Shown: positions 7,229 to 17,326 of the stretch, in pieces | How the letters are laid out: the number at the start of each line of letters is the position of its first letter | Numbering within the stretch: position 1 is the stretch's first letter | NCBI GenBank assembly: GCA_963720545.1 | Contig: OY970399.1 | Coordinates: 2,592,001-2,656,000 of the forward strand | DNA length: 64,000 nucleotides | Direction of reading: 5' to 3' | Source: an uncultured Acidobacteriota bacterium | GTDB lineage: Bacteria; Acidobacteriota; Vicinamibacteria; Fen-336 | The notes under the pieces: model-generated | Seen by the model: only the letters and a program-made list of their open reading frames with translations | Told to the model about the DNA's origin: nothing | Databases searched by the model: none | Translations under genes and position numbers: made by a program

Positions 7229-9892
7229 GTGAAGCCGAAGGCTCCCGCGAAGCCGCTGCAGAAGTATCGTGACAAGCGCTCGGCCGACCGCACCCCCGAA
7301 CCGTTTGGCGGCGACGTCGAAAAGGCGCCGGCACCGGTACCCGCTGCGCCGGCCACTGGACATCTTTTTTGCGTGCAGAAGCACGCGGCGCGGCGCCTGC
7401 ACTACGACTTCCGCCTCGAACTCGGCGGCGTGCTGCTGTCGTGGGCGGTGCCGAAGGGGCCGTCGTACGACGTCAACGAAAAGCGCCTGGCGATGGAAGT
7501 CGAGGATCATCCGGTCGAGTACGCCGACTTCGAGGGCGTGATTCCCGAGGGCAACTACGGCGCCGGTGCCGTGATCGTCTGGGACCGCGGCCTGTGGGTG
7601 CCGCTCGAGGATCCGCAGGAGGGGATGCGCAGCGGCAAGCTCTACTTCGAGCTGCGCGGCTACAAGCTGCGCGGCACCTGGCACTTGTTTCGCCTCAAGG
7701 GCCAGGGCCGCAGCAACACCTCGAAAGAGTGGATGCTGATCAAGAAGAGCGATGCCTGGTCGGGCGCGCGCGGCACGGCGATCGCGACCCAGGAATCGAT
7801 CTACTCGGGGCTGACGCTCGAAGAGCTGCAAAACGGCCACCGCCATGCCGAGGAGATTCGTGCCGAGCTCGAGAAGCTGAAGGCGCCGCGCCGCAAGCTG
7901 GCGCTCGCGAAGGCCGGGCTGATGCTCGCGGAAACCCGCGACGCGCCGTTCACGCGCAAGGACTGGATCTTCGAGCTGAAGTACGACGGCTACCGCATCC
8001 TCGCCGGCCGCGACGCGGACAAGGGCCAGCTCGTCTTCCGGCGCGGCTCGGATGCGTCCGCGACCTTCCCCGAGATCACGCGCGCGCTGAGCGGCCTGCC
8101 GTACGACGGCATCATCCTCGACGGCGAGGTGGTGGTGCTCGACGACCAGGCGCGGCCGAGCTTCCAGAGGCTGCAGCGCCGCGCGCTCCTGAAGCGCACC
8201 ACCGACATCGCGCGCGCCACCATCGACCTGCCGGCGACGCTGTTCGTCTTCGACCTGCTCGCCTTCGAAGACTTCGACCTGCGGCCGCTGCCGCTCGTGG
8301 AGCGCAAGCGCATCCTGCAGAAGCTGCTGCCGAAGGCCGGACCGCTGCGCTACACCGATCACGTCGAGGCGCAGGGCGAGGCCTTCTACGACGCGGTCAG
8401 CCGCATGGGCCTCGAGGGCATCATGGCGAAGAAGGCCGACTCCTCGTACCAGGCCGGCCGCTCGCCCAACTGGCTGAAGCTGCGCGTGGACAAGACCGGC
8501 GACTTCGTGGTGGTGGGCTACAGCAAGGGCGAGGGGTCGCGCGTCGGCTTCGGCGCGTTGCATGTCGCGGCCTACGACGACGGTGTGCTCGTCTACTGCG
8601 GGCGCGTCGGCTCCGGCTTCAACGACGCGCTGCTGCAATCGGTGCGCAAGGAGCTGGAAGACAACAAGCGACAGTCGCCGGCATGCAGCGGCAACGTTCC
8701 CAAGGGCAAGGACCACACCTGGGTCGAGCCGCTGGTGGTGTGCGAGGTGCGCTTCAAGGAGTACACCGGCGACGGCAACCTGCGCCAGCCCGTATTCCTG
8801 CGCTTCCGCGACGACAAGGCGCCTGAAGACTGCATCAAGGAGGATGCGCGCAAGACCGGTGCGCCGCCGCCCGGCGCACGCGAGGAAGACAGCGACGACG
8901 GCGATGGCGATGATCGCGAGAACGCAGACGCGCCCGTCAGTGCCGCCGCACCTGTGAAGCAGACGAAGGTGGTCCCGGCGCCGCCACAGGTGATCGTCGA
9001 GAAGAAGATCAACTACTCGAACCTCGACAAGGTGTTCTGGCCGGTCGAGAAATACACCAAGGGCGACCTCATCGAGTTCTACCGCGCGGTCTCGCCGTGG
9101 CTCCTGCCGTACCTGCGCGACCGGCCGCTGGTGCTGACGCGCTATCCCGACGGCATCGACGGCAAGTCGTTCTTTCAAAAGGATGCGCCCGGGTTCGTGC
9201 CCGGCTGGGTGCGCACCGAGCGCATCTGGAGCGAGAACGCCCAGCGCGAGATCGACTACTTCATCGCCGACGACGAGGAGACGCTCCTCTACCTCGCGAA
9301 CCTCGGCACCATCCCGCTGCACGTCTGGTCGAGCCGCATCAAGAGCCTGCCGCATCCCGACTGGTGCATCCTCGACCTCGACCCCAAGGGTGCGCCGTTC
9401 CAGGACGTCATCGCCGTGGCGCTCGCGATCCGCGACCTGGCGGAGGAGATCGAGCTCGACACCTACGTGAAGACCAGCGGCGCCACCGGCATCCACGTGC
9501 TGGTGCCGCTCGGCGAGCAGCTGACCTACGAACAGAGCAAGTCGCTCGGCGAGGTCATCGCGCGGGTGATCGTCGACCGCCTGCCGAAGATCGCGACCAT
9601 CACGCGCACCGTGGGGCAGCGCGGGGGCAAGGTGTACGTGGACTTCCTGCAAAACGGCCACGGCAAGACCATCGCCGGCCCGCTCAGCGTCAGGCCGCGT
9701 CCGGGGGCGACGGTGTCGACGATGCTGAAGTGGAGCGAGGTCAACAACAAGCTCGACCCCGACGCGTTCACCATCAGGACGGTGCCACCGCGGCTGCGCA
9801 AGCAGAAGACGGACCCGGTCATCGCGGTGTTGCGCGAGCCGGGCGACCTGCTGCGCGTGCTGTCCCGGCTTTCGGAGAAACTGAAGAAATGA
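7229..9892 (+). CDS. ligD: NHEJ DNA ligase D (phosphoesterase-ligase-polymerase)
   Basis: PE motif QKHAARRLHYDFRLE/SWAVPKGPS; ligase FELKYDGYR, EGIMAKK; polymerase RYPDGIDGKSFFQKD, DLDP, KTSGATGIHV. Confidence 0.97.
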   Translation: MKPKAPAKPLQKYRDKRSADRTPEPFGGDVEKAPAPVPAAPATGHLFCVQKHAARRLHYDFRLELGGVLLSWAVPKGPSYDVNEKRLAMEVEDHPVEYADFEGVIPEGNYGAGAVIVWDRGLWVPLEDPQEGMRSGKLYFELRGYKLRGTWHLFRLKGQGRSNTSKEWMLIKKSDAWSGARGTAIATQESIYSGLTLEELQNGHRHAEEIRAELEKLKAPRRKLALAKAGLMLAETRDAPFTRKDWIFELKYDGYRILAGRDADKGQLVFRRGSDASATFPEITRALSGLPYDGIILDGEVVVLDDQARPSFQRLQRRALLKRTTDIARATIDLPATLFVFDLLAFEDFDLRPLPLVERKRILQKLLPKAGPLRYTDHVEAQGEAFYDAVSRMGLEGIMAKKADSSYQAGRSPNWLKLRVDKTGDFVVVGYSKGEGSRVGFGALHVAAYDDGVLVYCGRVGSGFNDALLQSVRKELEDNKRQSPACSGNVPKGKDHTWVEPLVVCEVRFKEYTGDGNLRQPVFLRFRDDKAPEDCIKEDARKTGAPPPGAREEDSDDGDGDDRENADAPVSAAAPVKQTKVVPAPPQVIVEKKINYSNLDKVFWPVEKYTKGDLIEFYRAVSPWLLPYLRDRPLVLTRYPDGIDGKSFFQKDAPGFVPGWVRTERIWSENAQREIDYFIADDEETLLYLANLGTIPLHVWSSRIKSLPHPDWCILDLDPKGAPFQDVIAVALAIRDLAEEIELDTYVKTSGATGIHVLVPLGEQLTYEQSKSLGEVIARVIVDRLPKIATITRTVGQRGGKVYVDFLQNGHGKTIAGPLSVRPRPGATVSTMLKWSEVNNKLDPDAFTIRTVPPRLRKQKTDPVIAVLREPGDLLRVLSRLSEKLKK

Positions 9893-10791
9893 CACCAGCC
9901 ATCGCGGCCCTCAAGGTCACCATTCTGTCGACGATGCTCTCCGGCGACCCGCGCGCCGGCGTCGGCGAGTGGGGGTTTGCGGCGCTCGTCGAGGCCGACG
10001 GCCATCGCCTGCTGATCGACACCGGCGCGCGGCCCGACACCGTCGCGAAGAACGCCGCCGAGCTCGGCATCGACTTGTCCACCGTCGAGGAGCTGGTGCT
10101 GACCCACAACCACTCCGACCACACCGGCGGGCTCATCACGCTGCGTCGCGAAGCCATGAGCCGCAATCCGCGCGCGCTGTCGCGGGCGCACGTCGGCCGC
10201 GGCATCTTCTATAGCCGGCCCGGCAAGGACGGCGCCGAAGACAACGGGCTGCTGGGCAAGAAGGCCGAGTACGAAGCGCTCGGCGGCACCTTCGTCGAGC
10301 ACGACGGACCGTACCAGCTGCTGCCGGGCGTCTGGCTCACCGGCCCGGTGCCGCGCCCCCATCCCGAAAAGAACTGGAGCGGCCTGCAGAAGCTGCGCGG
10401 CCCGTCAGGCGAAGTGGAAGACACGGTGCCGGAAGATTCGGCCGTCGTCATCGCAACCGCGAAAGGCCTGGTGGTGGTGAGCGGCTGCGGCCACGCCGGC
10501 ATCGTCAACACGCTCGAATATGCGGGCACCATCGTCCCCGGCGGCAAGGTGTACGCAGCGCTCGGAGGCTTCCACCTGTTCGCGGCCAGCGACGAACAAC
10601 TGCGCTGGACCGCGGAGCGCCTGGCGGCGCTCGGCGTCTCGCAGCTGCTCGGCGCGCACTGCACCGGCATCGAGGCCGTCTTCCGGATGCGCGAGCTCGC
10701 GAAGCTGAGCCGCAAGACCGCCGTGGTCGGCGCCGTCGGCGCCACCTTCACGTTGGCGGACGGGATCGAGCCGCTCGCCCTCGCGCGCTAG
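9889..10791 (+). CDS. MBL-fold metallo-hydrolase (COG1237-like)
   Basis: ATGA overlap with ligD; THNHSDHTGG, SGCGHAG, GGFHL, AHCTG motifs. Confidence 0.88.
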   Translation: MTPAIAALKVTILSTMLSGDPRAGVGEWGFAALVEADGHRLLIDTGARPDTVAKNAAELGIDLSTVEELVLTHNHSDHTGGLITLRREAMSRNPRALSRAHVGRGIFYSRPGKDGAEDNGLLGKKAEYEALGGTFVEHDGPYQLLPGVWLTGPVPRPHPEKNWSGLQKLRGPSGEVEDTVPEDSAVVIATAKGLVVVSGCGHAGIVNTLEYAGTIVPGGKVYAALGGFHLFAASDEQLRWTAERLAALGVSQLLGAHCTGIEAVFRMRELAKLSRKTAVVGAVGATFTLADGIEPLALAR

Positions 10792-10801
10792 GAGTGAAAA
10801 C

Positions 10802-11287
10802 CTAGATCCAACGCCGCACGTGGCTGCAGTAGATCTCGTAGGCCGCGCCGTACTTCTCCGTGAGGTACTCCTCTTCGGGTGCGATGACGTGGCGCCGCAT
10901 CACGAAAAGGACCAGCGGCAGCGCCAGCAGCGGCCACCAGCTGCCGAAGACGACCGATACGCCCGCGTAGATCAGGGTCAGGCCGGTGTACATCGGGTTG
11001 CGGGTGAAGCGGTACGGGCCTTCCGTCACCAGGGCCGAGACCGGCCGGTTGGGCACGATCGTCGTCTGGTTCGCGGTGAAGACGATGATCGCCGACAGGC
11101 AGAACGCCGTGCCGATGGTGATGAGCAGCGTGCCGAACGGCGAGCGGCCGGAACCCGGCGGCATGCTCCAGGGCACGCGGGTGTGCAGGTAAAGGAGAAG
11201 CGCCAGGGGCAGGGCATAGAGAAGGGGCGGCACGACACGGACGCGAGCCCCTCTCTGCGTCTGCGACGTCGACGGCGTCGTCGTCAT
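10802..11287 (-). CDS. Isoprenylcysteine carboxylmethyltransferase (ICMT/PEMT) family protein
   Basis: LVTEGPYRFTRNPMY and EEEYL..YG..Y..Y...VRRWI motifs. Confidence 0.9.
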   Translation of the reverse strand: MTTTPSTSQTQRGARVRVVPPLLYALPLALLLYLHTRVPWSMPPGSGRSPFGTLLITIGTAFCLSAIIVFTANQTTIVPNRPVSALVTEGPYRFTRNPMYTGLTLIYAGVSVVFGSWWPLLALPLVLFVMRRHVIAPEEEYLTEKYGAAYEIYCSHVRRWI

Positions 11288-11294
11288 GCGGCCC

Positions 11295-13355
11295 CTATCT
11301 TACGTATCCCAGTGCTTTCAAGCGCTCCTCGAGGGCGGGGTCAGTGAGCTTTGCACGTGCGGCCGCCGGGCCGACGAAGTCGACGGCGAGCGGCGGGTGA
11401 AGCGCCTGTTCGCCGGCGCCGAGGGCAGCCTGCCAGGGTGCCTTTTCCCGGCCGCGCAGCTCGAAAGAGACCGTGGCAGCAGGGTTTTTCGGCCGCAGCA
11501 CGTAGTGGCGCGGCGCCGCGGCCGCCGCCAGGGTAATCGTCAGCGACCCGGCCTTGCCGTCAGCCGTGACCGTGTCGCCCCGGACGCTGCGCAGCACAGC
11601 CGTGGGATCGAATCCCCCCGGGGCGCTCGCTTTCAGGACCAGGCTCTCGGCACCTGCGGCGAAGCGCAGGTGGCGGCCTTCCAGCGTGTCCGCCGCCGCG
11701 CGCACCGCCGCACTGAGCGCCGCTGCCCGCGTTTCGCCGCCAGGCCACAGGTTCACCGCTTCGCCGGGATCGGTGCGGGTGTCGAAGAGCAGCGTGTCGT
11801 TGTCAGGGAGCAGGCGGCGGATCAGCTTCAGCCCTTTGGAATCACGCGCGGCAAAGGCGACGTCGTTGGGCGAGGCCAGCTCCGCGACCAGGATGTCCGC
11901 GTCCTGCGCCGGCTCGCGCACCAGGTCGCTCGCGAAGCTGCGACCCTGGAACGAAGGCGGCACCGCGACTCCCGCGATGTCGAGCAGCGTCGCCGCGAGC
12001 CGTTCGTTGCCGAGATTGCCCGTGAGTCGCCGTCCGGCGGAGCGCGCCCCCGGCAGCTTCAGCACCATCGGCACGTGCAGGATCTCGTCGAACAGGCTGT
12101 GCCCATGGCTGTAGAAGCCCTTCTCGCCGAAGTGCTCGCCGTGGTCGGCGGTCACCACCACCAGCGTGTCGTCGTAAAGGTCGAGGCGGCGCAGCACGTC
12201 GAGGAGCTGGCCGAGTGCTCGGTCGTTGTACGCGATCTCCGCGTCGTAGTACGCGGGCTCCTTGCCCTGCACCCCGGGCGGCACGCCGAAAAGCGCAGCG
12301 AACGGCGGCCGCGCGATGTGCGGGTAGTGCGCGTCGATCGAGTGCAGGTAGGCGAAGAAGCGCCGCTCGCGGTTCGCGGCGAGCCAGGCGCCGAAGCGCG
12401 CCGAAAGCAGCGCCGCATCGCCGTCCTCGGCGTTGACGTTGCGCTCGGCGTTGCCGGCTGCCAGCTGCGTGAACGAATCGAAGCCGCGGCCGAAGCCCCA
12501 CGCGCCGGTGTCGAGGATCGGGTTCGCGACCCACGCCGCCGTTGCGTAGCCGGCGCCGCGGAACGTCTCGGCCAGCGTCGCCGGCGCATCCGAGAGGCCA
12601 TCCGCGAGCGAGCGCGCGCCATGTCCTGATGGCTGTTCACCGGTGAAGAGACACCCGACCGAAGGCTTGGTCCAGCCGCCGCAGGCATAGGCGTGCTCGG
12701 CGACGACACCGTCGCGCGCAAGCGCATCGAGGTGCGGCGTCGTCGGTTTGCGGTAGCCGTAGGCGCCGACATGATCGGCGCGCAGGCAGTCGACGACGTA
12801 GAGGAGCACGTTCGGCACGTGCGCCGGCGCCCGCGCGAGGAGCGCGATGCTGGCGAGCGCCACGTTCGCCTTGCGACCCTCGACCGTGATGACGATGGCC
12901 ACCGCGCGCCGCACGGCGCCGCGCAGCGGCAGCCGCCAGTCGCGCCAGCCGCGCACGCCGCCCACCGGACCACCGCCGAGTGGATACAGCGTGCCGTCTT
13001 TGGTACGTGCGGCGATGCGTGCCTGCGCCTGGCGATCGTCGGGGCGCACCGCGATGCCGAGCGACAGGAAGTCGCCGAGCGGCGCCGCGAGCGGGATGGT
13101 GATGGTTGCAGGCGCATCGACCACCAGAGCCATCCGTTCGTCGCCGCCGCTCGCAACCGGGCGCAGCGACGCCGGCCCCGCCGACTCGACCTTGAACCCG
13201 GGGGGCGGCGCGCTGCTTGCAGCGCGTGCGCCGAGCGCGGGAAGCAGGCGCGTGCGCACCAGCGTCGGCGCGTCTTCTCTGGACGAGCAGGCGCCGAGGA
13301 CCGTGGCGCCCAGGCACGCGAGTGTCGCCAGGGCCTTGCGCCCCGGCGTCGTCAC
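11295..13355 (-). CDS. Lipoprotein sulfatase-like hydrolase/transferase
   Basis: GTGA overlap with the DUF72 gene; lipobox LGAC; PNVLLYVVDCLRADH, WTKPS, YDAEIAYND, TADHGE, HGH motifs. Confidence 0.88.
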   Translation of the reverse strand: MTTPGRKALATLACLGATVLGACSSREDAPTLVRTRLLPALGARAASSAPPPGFKVESAGPASLRPVASGGDERMALVVDAPATITIPLAAPLGDFLSLGIAVRPDDRQAQARIAARTKDGTLYPLGGGPVGGVRGWRDWRLPLRGAVRRAVAIVITVEGRKANVALASIALLARAPAHVPNVLLYVVDCLRADHVGAYGYRKPTTPHLDALARDGVVAEHAYACGGWTKPSVGCLFTGEQPSGHGARSLADGLSDAPATLAETFRGAGYATAAWVANPILDTGAWGFGRGFDSFTQLAAGNAERNVNAEDGDAALLSARFGAWLAANRERRFFAYLHSIDAHYPHIARPPFAALFGVPPGVQGKEPAYYDAEIAYNDRALGQLLDVLRRLDLYDDTLVVVTADHGEHFGEKGFYSHGHSLFDEILHVPMVLKLPGARSAGRRLTGNLGNERLAATLLDIAGVAVPPSFQGRSFASDLVREPAQDADILVAELASPNDVAFAARDSKGLKLIRRLLPDNDTLLFDTRTDPGEAVNLWPGGETRAAALSAAVRAAADTLEGRHLRFAAGAESLVLKASAPGGFDPTAVLRSVRGDTVTADGKAGSLTITLAAAAAPRHYVLRPKNPAATVSFELRGREKAPWQAALGAGEQALHPPLAVDFVGPAAARAKLTDPALEERLKALGYVR

Positions 13356-14050
13356 GACAGCTCGATGAGCCGCGCGCCCAGCCTCGGCCCGGTGCCCGCG
13401 TCTTCGTGCTTGAAGAAGACGAACGCGTCCTGCCATGGCTGCACGCGGATCCGCTCGAGCCACATCCGCAGGTCGTCGTCGCTGTACTCCGGGCGCCGCA
13501 GGCGCAGGTAGCCGAAGCTCGCGGTCGGCACCAGGCCCACCGCGGCCGACTCTTCGTCGATGTCGGCGAGGCACAGCGCCGCGTCGTGGTCGCGCAGCAG
13601 CCCGAATACCTCGTCGTCGAACCACGTCGCATGCCGGAACTCGAACGCCGCGCGCCGGCCCTTCGGGATCTCGCGCAGGAAGCGGGCGAGGCGGTCGGCA
13701 TCCTTCATCAGGTTGGGCGGTGTCTGGAAGAACACGACGCCGAGGCGGTCGCCCATCGCCTGCGCCGTCTCGAGGAAATACTTGACCTCCGCGTCCACGT
13801 CCTTGAGGCGGCGCATGTGGGTGATCTTCTGCGACGCCTTCAGGACGAAGGTGAAGTTTTCAGGAACCTCGGCGCACCAGCTCTCGAGGAGCGCTGTCGT
13901 CGGCATCCGGTAGAAGGTGTTGTTCACCTCCACCGTGGGGAAACGCTCCGCGTAGTAGCGAAGCATTCCCGGCGGCTTCTGGTCGGGGGGATAGAAGGAC
14001 CCCTTCCATTCCTTGTAGCTCCACCCGCTGGTGCCGACGAGGATCCGCAT
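13352..14050 (-). CDS. DUF72 domain protein
   Basis: GTSGWSYKEWKGSFYP, VEVNNTFYRMP, FEFRH.TW, YLRLR. Confidence 0.93.
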   Translation of the reverse strand: MRILVGTSGWSYKEWKGSFYPPDQKPPGMLRYYAERFPTVEVNNTFYRMPTTALLESWCAEVPENFTFVLKASQKITHMRRLKDVDAEVKYFLETAQAMGDRLGVVFFQTPPNLMKDADRLARFLREIPKGRRAAFEFRHATWFDDEVFGLLRDHDAALCLADIDEESAAVGLVPTASFGYLRLRRPEYSDDDLRMWLERIRVQPWQDAFVFFKHEDAGTGPRLGARLIELS

Positions 14051-14076
14051 GCGAACGGGACAACCCTACCGAACGA

Positions 14077-14718
14077 TCAGCGTCCGCGCAGCAGGCCCCC
14101 GAGAACGCTGGCGCCGATCGACGCCAGCCCGCCAAGCCCGGCGTCGCCGCCGCTCTCCTGACCGCCTTGCGGCGCGCCCGAGCCGAGGATCTGCGACAGG
14201 ATGTCCCCGCCGCCGCCCTGCGCCTGGCCCATCTGGCCGGCCGCGCCGCCCAGGATGTCGGTGATGCTGGTGCTGGCTGGCGTCTGCTTGTTGGCGCGGC
14301 TGAGGGCCGCGAGCACCAGCGGCGCCACCATCACCAGCAGCTTGCCGATGGTTGCCGCGTCGAGGCCCGACGCCTGGCCGATGCGGTTCTCCACCTGCTT
14401 GCGGTCGCTGCCGAGGATGTGGCCGAGGATGGCACCTCCCATGCCGCCGCCGCTCGATGTGCCGCCGCCGGCGCCCAGAAAGCCGCCGAGGTCGTCGAGC
14501 ACGCTGCCGTCATGGTCGCGGTCGAGTGCTTGTTCGAGCGCCGAGCGCCCCTGCGGGGAAGCGGCGTTGCGGTTGAGCGCCGAGACCAGCACCGGGATCG
14601 CCATGCTCATTGCGGTCGCCGCTTGCGACGGCTCGATGCCGAGCTTCGCGCCGATGTCGCGCGGGGTCTGGCCGCCGCCCAGGGCCTGGCCAAGGATTTC
14701 AAAGAGAGGTGATGACAC
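14077..14718 (-). CDS. DUF937 family protein
   Basis: ALDRDHDGSVLDDL and GAILGHILG motifs, Gly-rich helical repeats. Confidence 0.85.
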   Translation of the reverse strand: MSSPLFEILGQALGGGQTPRDIGAKLGIEPSQAATAMSMAIPVLVSALNRNAASPQGRSALEQALDRDHDGSVLDDLGGFLGAGGGTSSGGGMGGAILGHILGSDRKQVENRIGQASGLDAATIGKLLVMVAPLVLAALSRANKQTPASTSITDILGGAAGQMGQAQGGGGDILSQILGSGAPQGGQESGGDAGLGGLASIGASVLGGLLRGR

Positions 14719-14834
14719 TATGAGTCCTCCTGACGAGAAGCGTGCGAGCAGTATGAACCCCTCGGCAGCGCCGTCAAAGGCGCGCCTCCGCGCCGAAGGG
14801 TAAAATCACCACTGTCCAGGAGACACTCCCAGAA

Positions 14835-15983
14835 ATGCCGCTCACGCATCTCAGCGAAGAAGAGAAGATGTTCCGCGACCAGGTGCGCCAGTTCGCCGAG
14901 GCGCGGGTGCGGCCGCTGGTCCACAAGATGGACCAGGAGGCGCTGCTCGACCCCGGGCTCATCAAGGAGTGCTTCGCGCTCGGCCTCATGGGCGTCGAGA
15001 TCCCGGACGAGTTCCAGGGCGCCGGCGGCACCTTCTTCCTGTCGGTGCTGGCGGTCGAGGAGCTGGCGCGGGTGGACGCGTCGATCGCCGTGTTCGTCGA
15101 CGTGCAGAACACCCTCGTCAACAACGCGGTGCTGCGCTTCGGCAGCGAAGACCTCAAGAAGCGTTACTTTCCGCGCCTGGCGAGCGAGTGGGTCGGCGCC
15201 TATGCGCTGTCCGAGGCCGGCTCGGGCTCGGATGCGTTTGCGCTCGCGTGCCGGGCCGAGGACAAGGGCGATCACTGGCTGCTGAACGGCCAGAAGCTCT
15301 GGATCACGAATGCGGCCGAGGCCCAGGTCTTCATCGTCATGGCGAACGTGGACCCCGCGAAGGGCTACAAGGGAATCACCTCCTTCGTGGTCGAACGCTC
15401 GTTTCCCGGCTTCAGCGTTGGCAAGAAGGAAGACAAGCTCGGAATTCGTGCGTCGTCCACCTGCGAGCTGGTCCTCGACGGCTGCAAGGTGCCGAAGGAC
15501 AACATGCTCGGCGAGCTCGGCAAGGGTTACAAGATCGCGATCGAGACGCTCAACGAGGGCCGCATCGGCATCGGCGCGCAGATGGTGGGTGTGGCGCAGG
15601 GCGCCTACGAGCACGCGCTCGCCTATTCGCAGGAGCGGCGCCAGTTCGGCGAGCCGCTCGCGAGCTTCCAGGCGGTCTCGTTCCAGCTCGCCGACATGGC
15701 GCTGCAGATCGAGGCGGCGCGCCTGCTCACCTACAACGCGGCGCGGCTACGCGACGCCGGCTCGTCGTTCGTCAAGGAAGCCGCGATGGCCAAGCTGTTC
15801 GCATCGCGCACCGCCGAGTACGTCACCTCGAAGGCGGTCGAGATCTACGGCGGCTACGGCTTCACGCGCGAGTATCCGGTGGAGAAGTACTACCGCGACC
15901 AGAAGGTGGGCGCCATCTACGAAGGCACCTCGAACATGCAGCTGCTGGTCATCTCGAAGCAGATCCTCGGGAAAATGGCGTGA
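14835..15983 (+). CDS. Acyl-CoA dehydrogenase (short/branched-chain type)
   Basis: YALSEAGSGSDA, GQKLWITN, KEDKLGIRASST, GGYGF..EYPVEK.YRD.K..AIYEGTSNMQ. Confidence 0.95.
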   Translation: MPLTHLSEEEKMFRDQVRQFAEARVRPLVHKMDQEALLDPGLIKECFALGLMGVEIPDEFQGAGGTFFLSVLAVEELARVDASIAVFVDVQNTLVNNAVLRFGSEDLKKRYFPRLASEWVGAYALSEAGSGSDAFALACRAEDKGDHWLLNGQKLWITNAAEAQVFIVMANVDPAKGYKGITSFVVERSFPGFSVGKKEDKLGIRASSTCELVLDGCKVPKDNMLGELGKGYKIAIETLNEGRIGIGAQMVGVAQGAYEHALAYSQERRQFGEPLASFQAVSFQLADMALQIEAARLLTYNAARLRDAGSSFVKEAAMAKLFASRTAEYVTSKAVEIYGGYGFTREYPVEKYYRDQKVGAIYEGTSNMQLLVISKQILGKMA

Positions 15984-16591
15984 GCCTCACCGAGCTGCCG
16001 GTGCGCGAACTGCTCGACCGCTTCGCTTCGACCGAGCCGACCCCGGGCGGCGGCTCGGCCGCGGCGCTCGGCGGCGCCGTCGGCGCGAGCCTGGCGGCGA
16101 TGGTGTGCGCCATGCCGAAGACGCGGACCGGCGCGCCGGAGGAACGCGCGCGCCTCGATGCCGCCGGTGCTGTCGCTGCGGCCGCGACGCAGCGCCTGCG
16201 CGAGCTGGTGGACGAAGACACCGACGCCTACAACGGCGTGGTCGCCGCGTATCGCCTCGCGAAGGCGACGGACGCCGAGAAGGCGGCGCGCAAGCAGGCG
16301 ATCGCCGCCGCCATGCGTCGGGCCACCGACGTGCCGATGGCAACCGCGCGCCAGTGCCTTGCCGTCATGGAGTCGGCCGCGACCGCGGCCAGGGACGGCA
16401 ACCCCAACGCGACCTCCGACGCGCTCTCCGGCCAGGCCCTCGCCTGGGCGGGCCTCATGGGCGCGGCGCAGAACGTGCGCGCCAACGCCCCGTCCCTTGG
16501 CGATGCCGGGTCCGGCGCCGCGGACCTGGCAACCGTGAACGAGGTCCTGCAGGCAGGCCGCGCCCTGCTCGACGCCGCTCTCGCGGGTTAG
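15980..16591 (+). CDS. Cyclodeaminase/cyclohydrolase family protein (FTCD C-terminal domain)
   Basis: GTGA overlap; 'PTPGGGSAAA', 'VDEDTDAY', 'GNPNATSD' motifs. Confidence 0.85.
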   Translation: MSLTELPVRELLDRFASTEPTPGGGSAAALGGAVGASLAAMVCAMPKTRTGAPEERARLDAAGAVAAAATQRLRELVDEDTDAYNGVVAAYRLAKATDAEKAARKQAIAAAMRRATDVPMATARQCLAVMESAATAARDGNPNATSDALSGQALAWAGLMGAAQNVRANAPSLGDAGSGAADLATVNEVLQAGRALLDAALAG

Positions 16592-16604
16592 TATTACCGC
16601 TTCG

Positions 16605-17312
16605 ATGACCGAAACCCCGGCCCCTCGCAAGAAGTCGATCGCGCGGGAATATCTCGAGTCGATCGTGGTTGCCATCATCCTGGCGCTCTTCATCCGCACT
16701 TTCGCGGTCCAGGCCTTCAAGATCCCAACCGGGTCCATGGAGACCAACCTGCTGGTGGGCGACCACCTGCTGGTCAACAAGGTGCTCTATTCGCCTTCGT
16801 TAGGCCGCTTCGAGGACCTGATGCTCGCGAAGAAGCCGATCCGCCGCGGGCACGTGGTCATCTTCAAGTACCCCGACGACCCCAACAAGGATTACGTCAA
16901 GCGGGTCATAGGTTTGCCGGGAGAGACGGTCGAGATCCGCGACAAGGCGGTGCTCATCGACGGCAAGCCCCTGGAAGAGCACTACACCCGCTTCGAGGAG
17001 CCGCCCCTGCGCCGGGACGACCCCGAATACGGGTTTCGGGCCGAAAGTGAGCGGGACAACTATGGGCCGGTCACGGTGCCCACGGGCCAGCTTTTCGTGA
17101 TGGGGGACAACCGCGACAACAGCCGCGACAGCCGATACTGGGGGTTCCTCCCGGAGGACCAGGTGAAGGGGCGGGCGGTCGTCGTGTACTGGTCGTACGA
17201 CGCGGACCGCGCCGAGTTTGCACCGTCCCGCGACACCGGCGCCTGGCTGCGGGATACGTTCACGGCTTTCGGCAAGACACGCTGGAGCCGTTTCTTCCAC
17301 CTCATCCGCTAG
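16605..17312 (+). CDS. lepB: Signal peptidase I
   Basis: IPTGSME (Ser), YVKRVIGLPG (Lys), MGDNRDNSRDSR. Confidence 0.96.
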   Translation: MTETPAPRKKSIAREYLESIVVAIILALFIRTFAVQAFKIPTGSMETNLLVGDHLLVNKVLYSPSLGRFEDLMLAKKPIRRGHVVIFKYPDDPNKDYVKRVIGLPGETVEIRDKAVLIDGKPLEEHYTRFEEPPLRRDDPEYGFRAESERDNYGPVTVPTGQLFVMGDNRDNSRDSRYWGFLPEDQVKGRAVVVYWSYDADRAEFAPSRDTGAWLRDTFTAFGKTRWSRFFHLIR

Positions 17313-17326
17313 ACCGAGGAGGTTTC

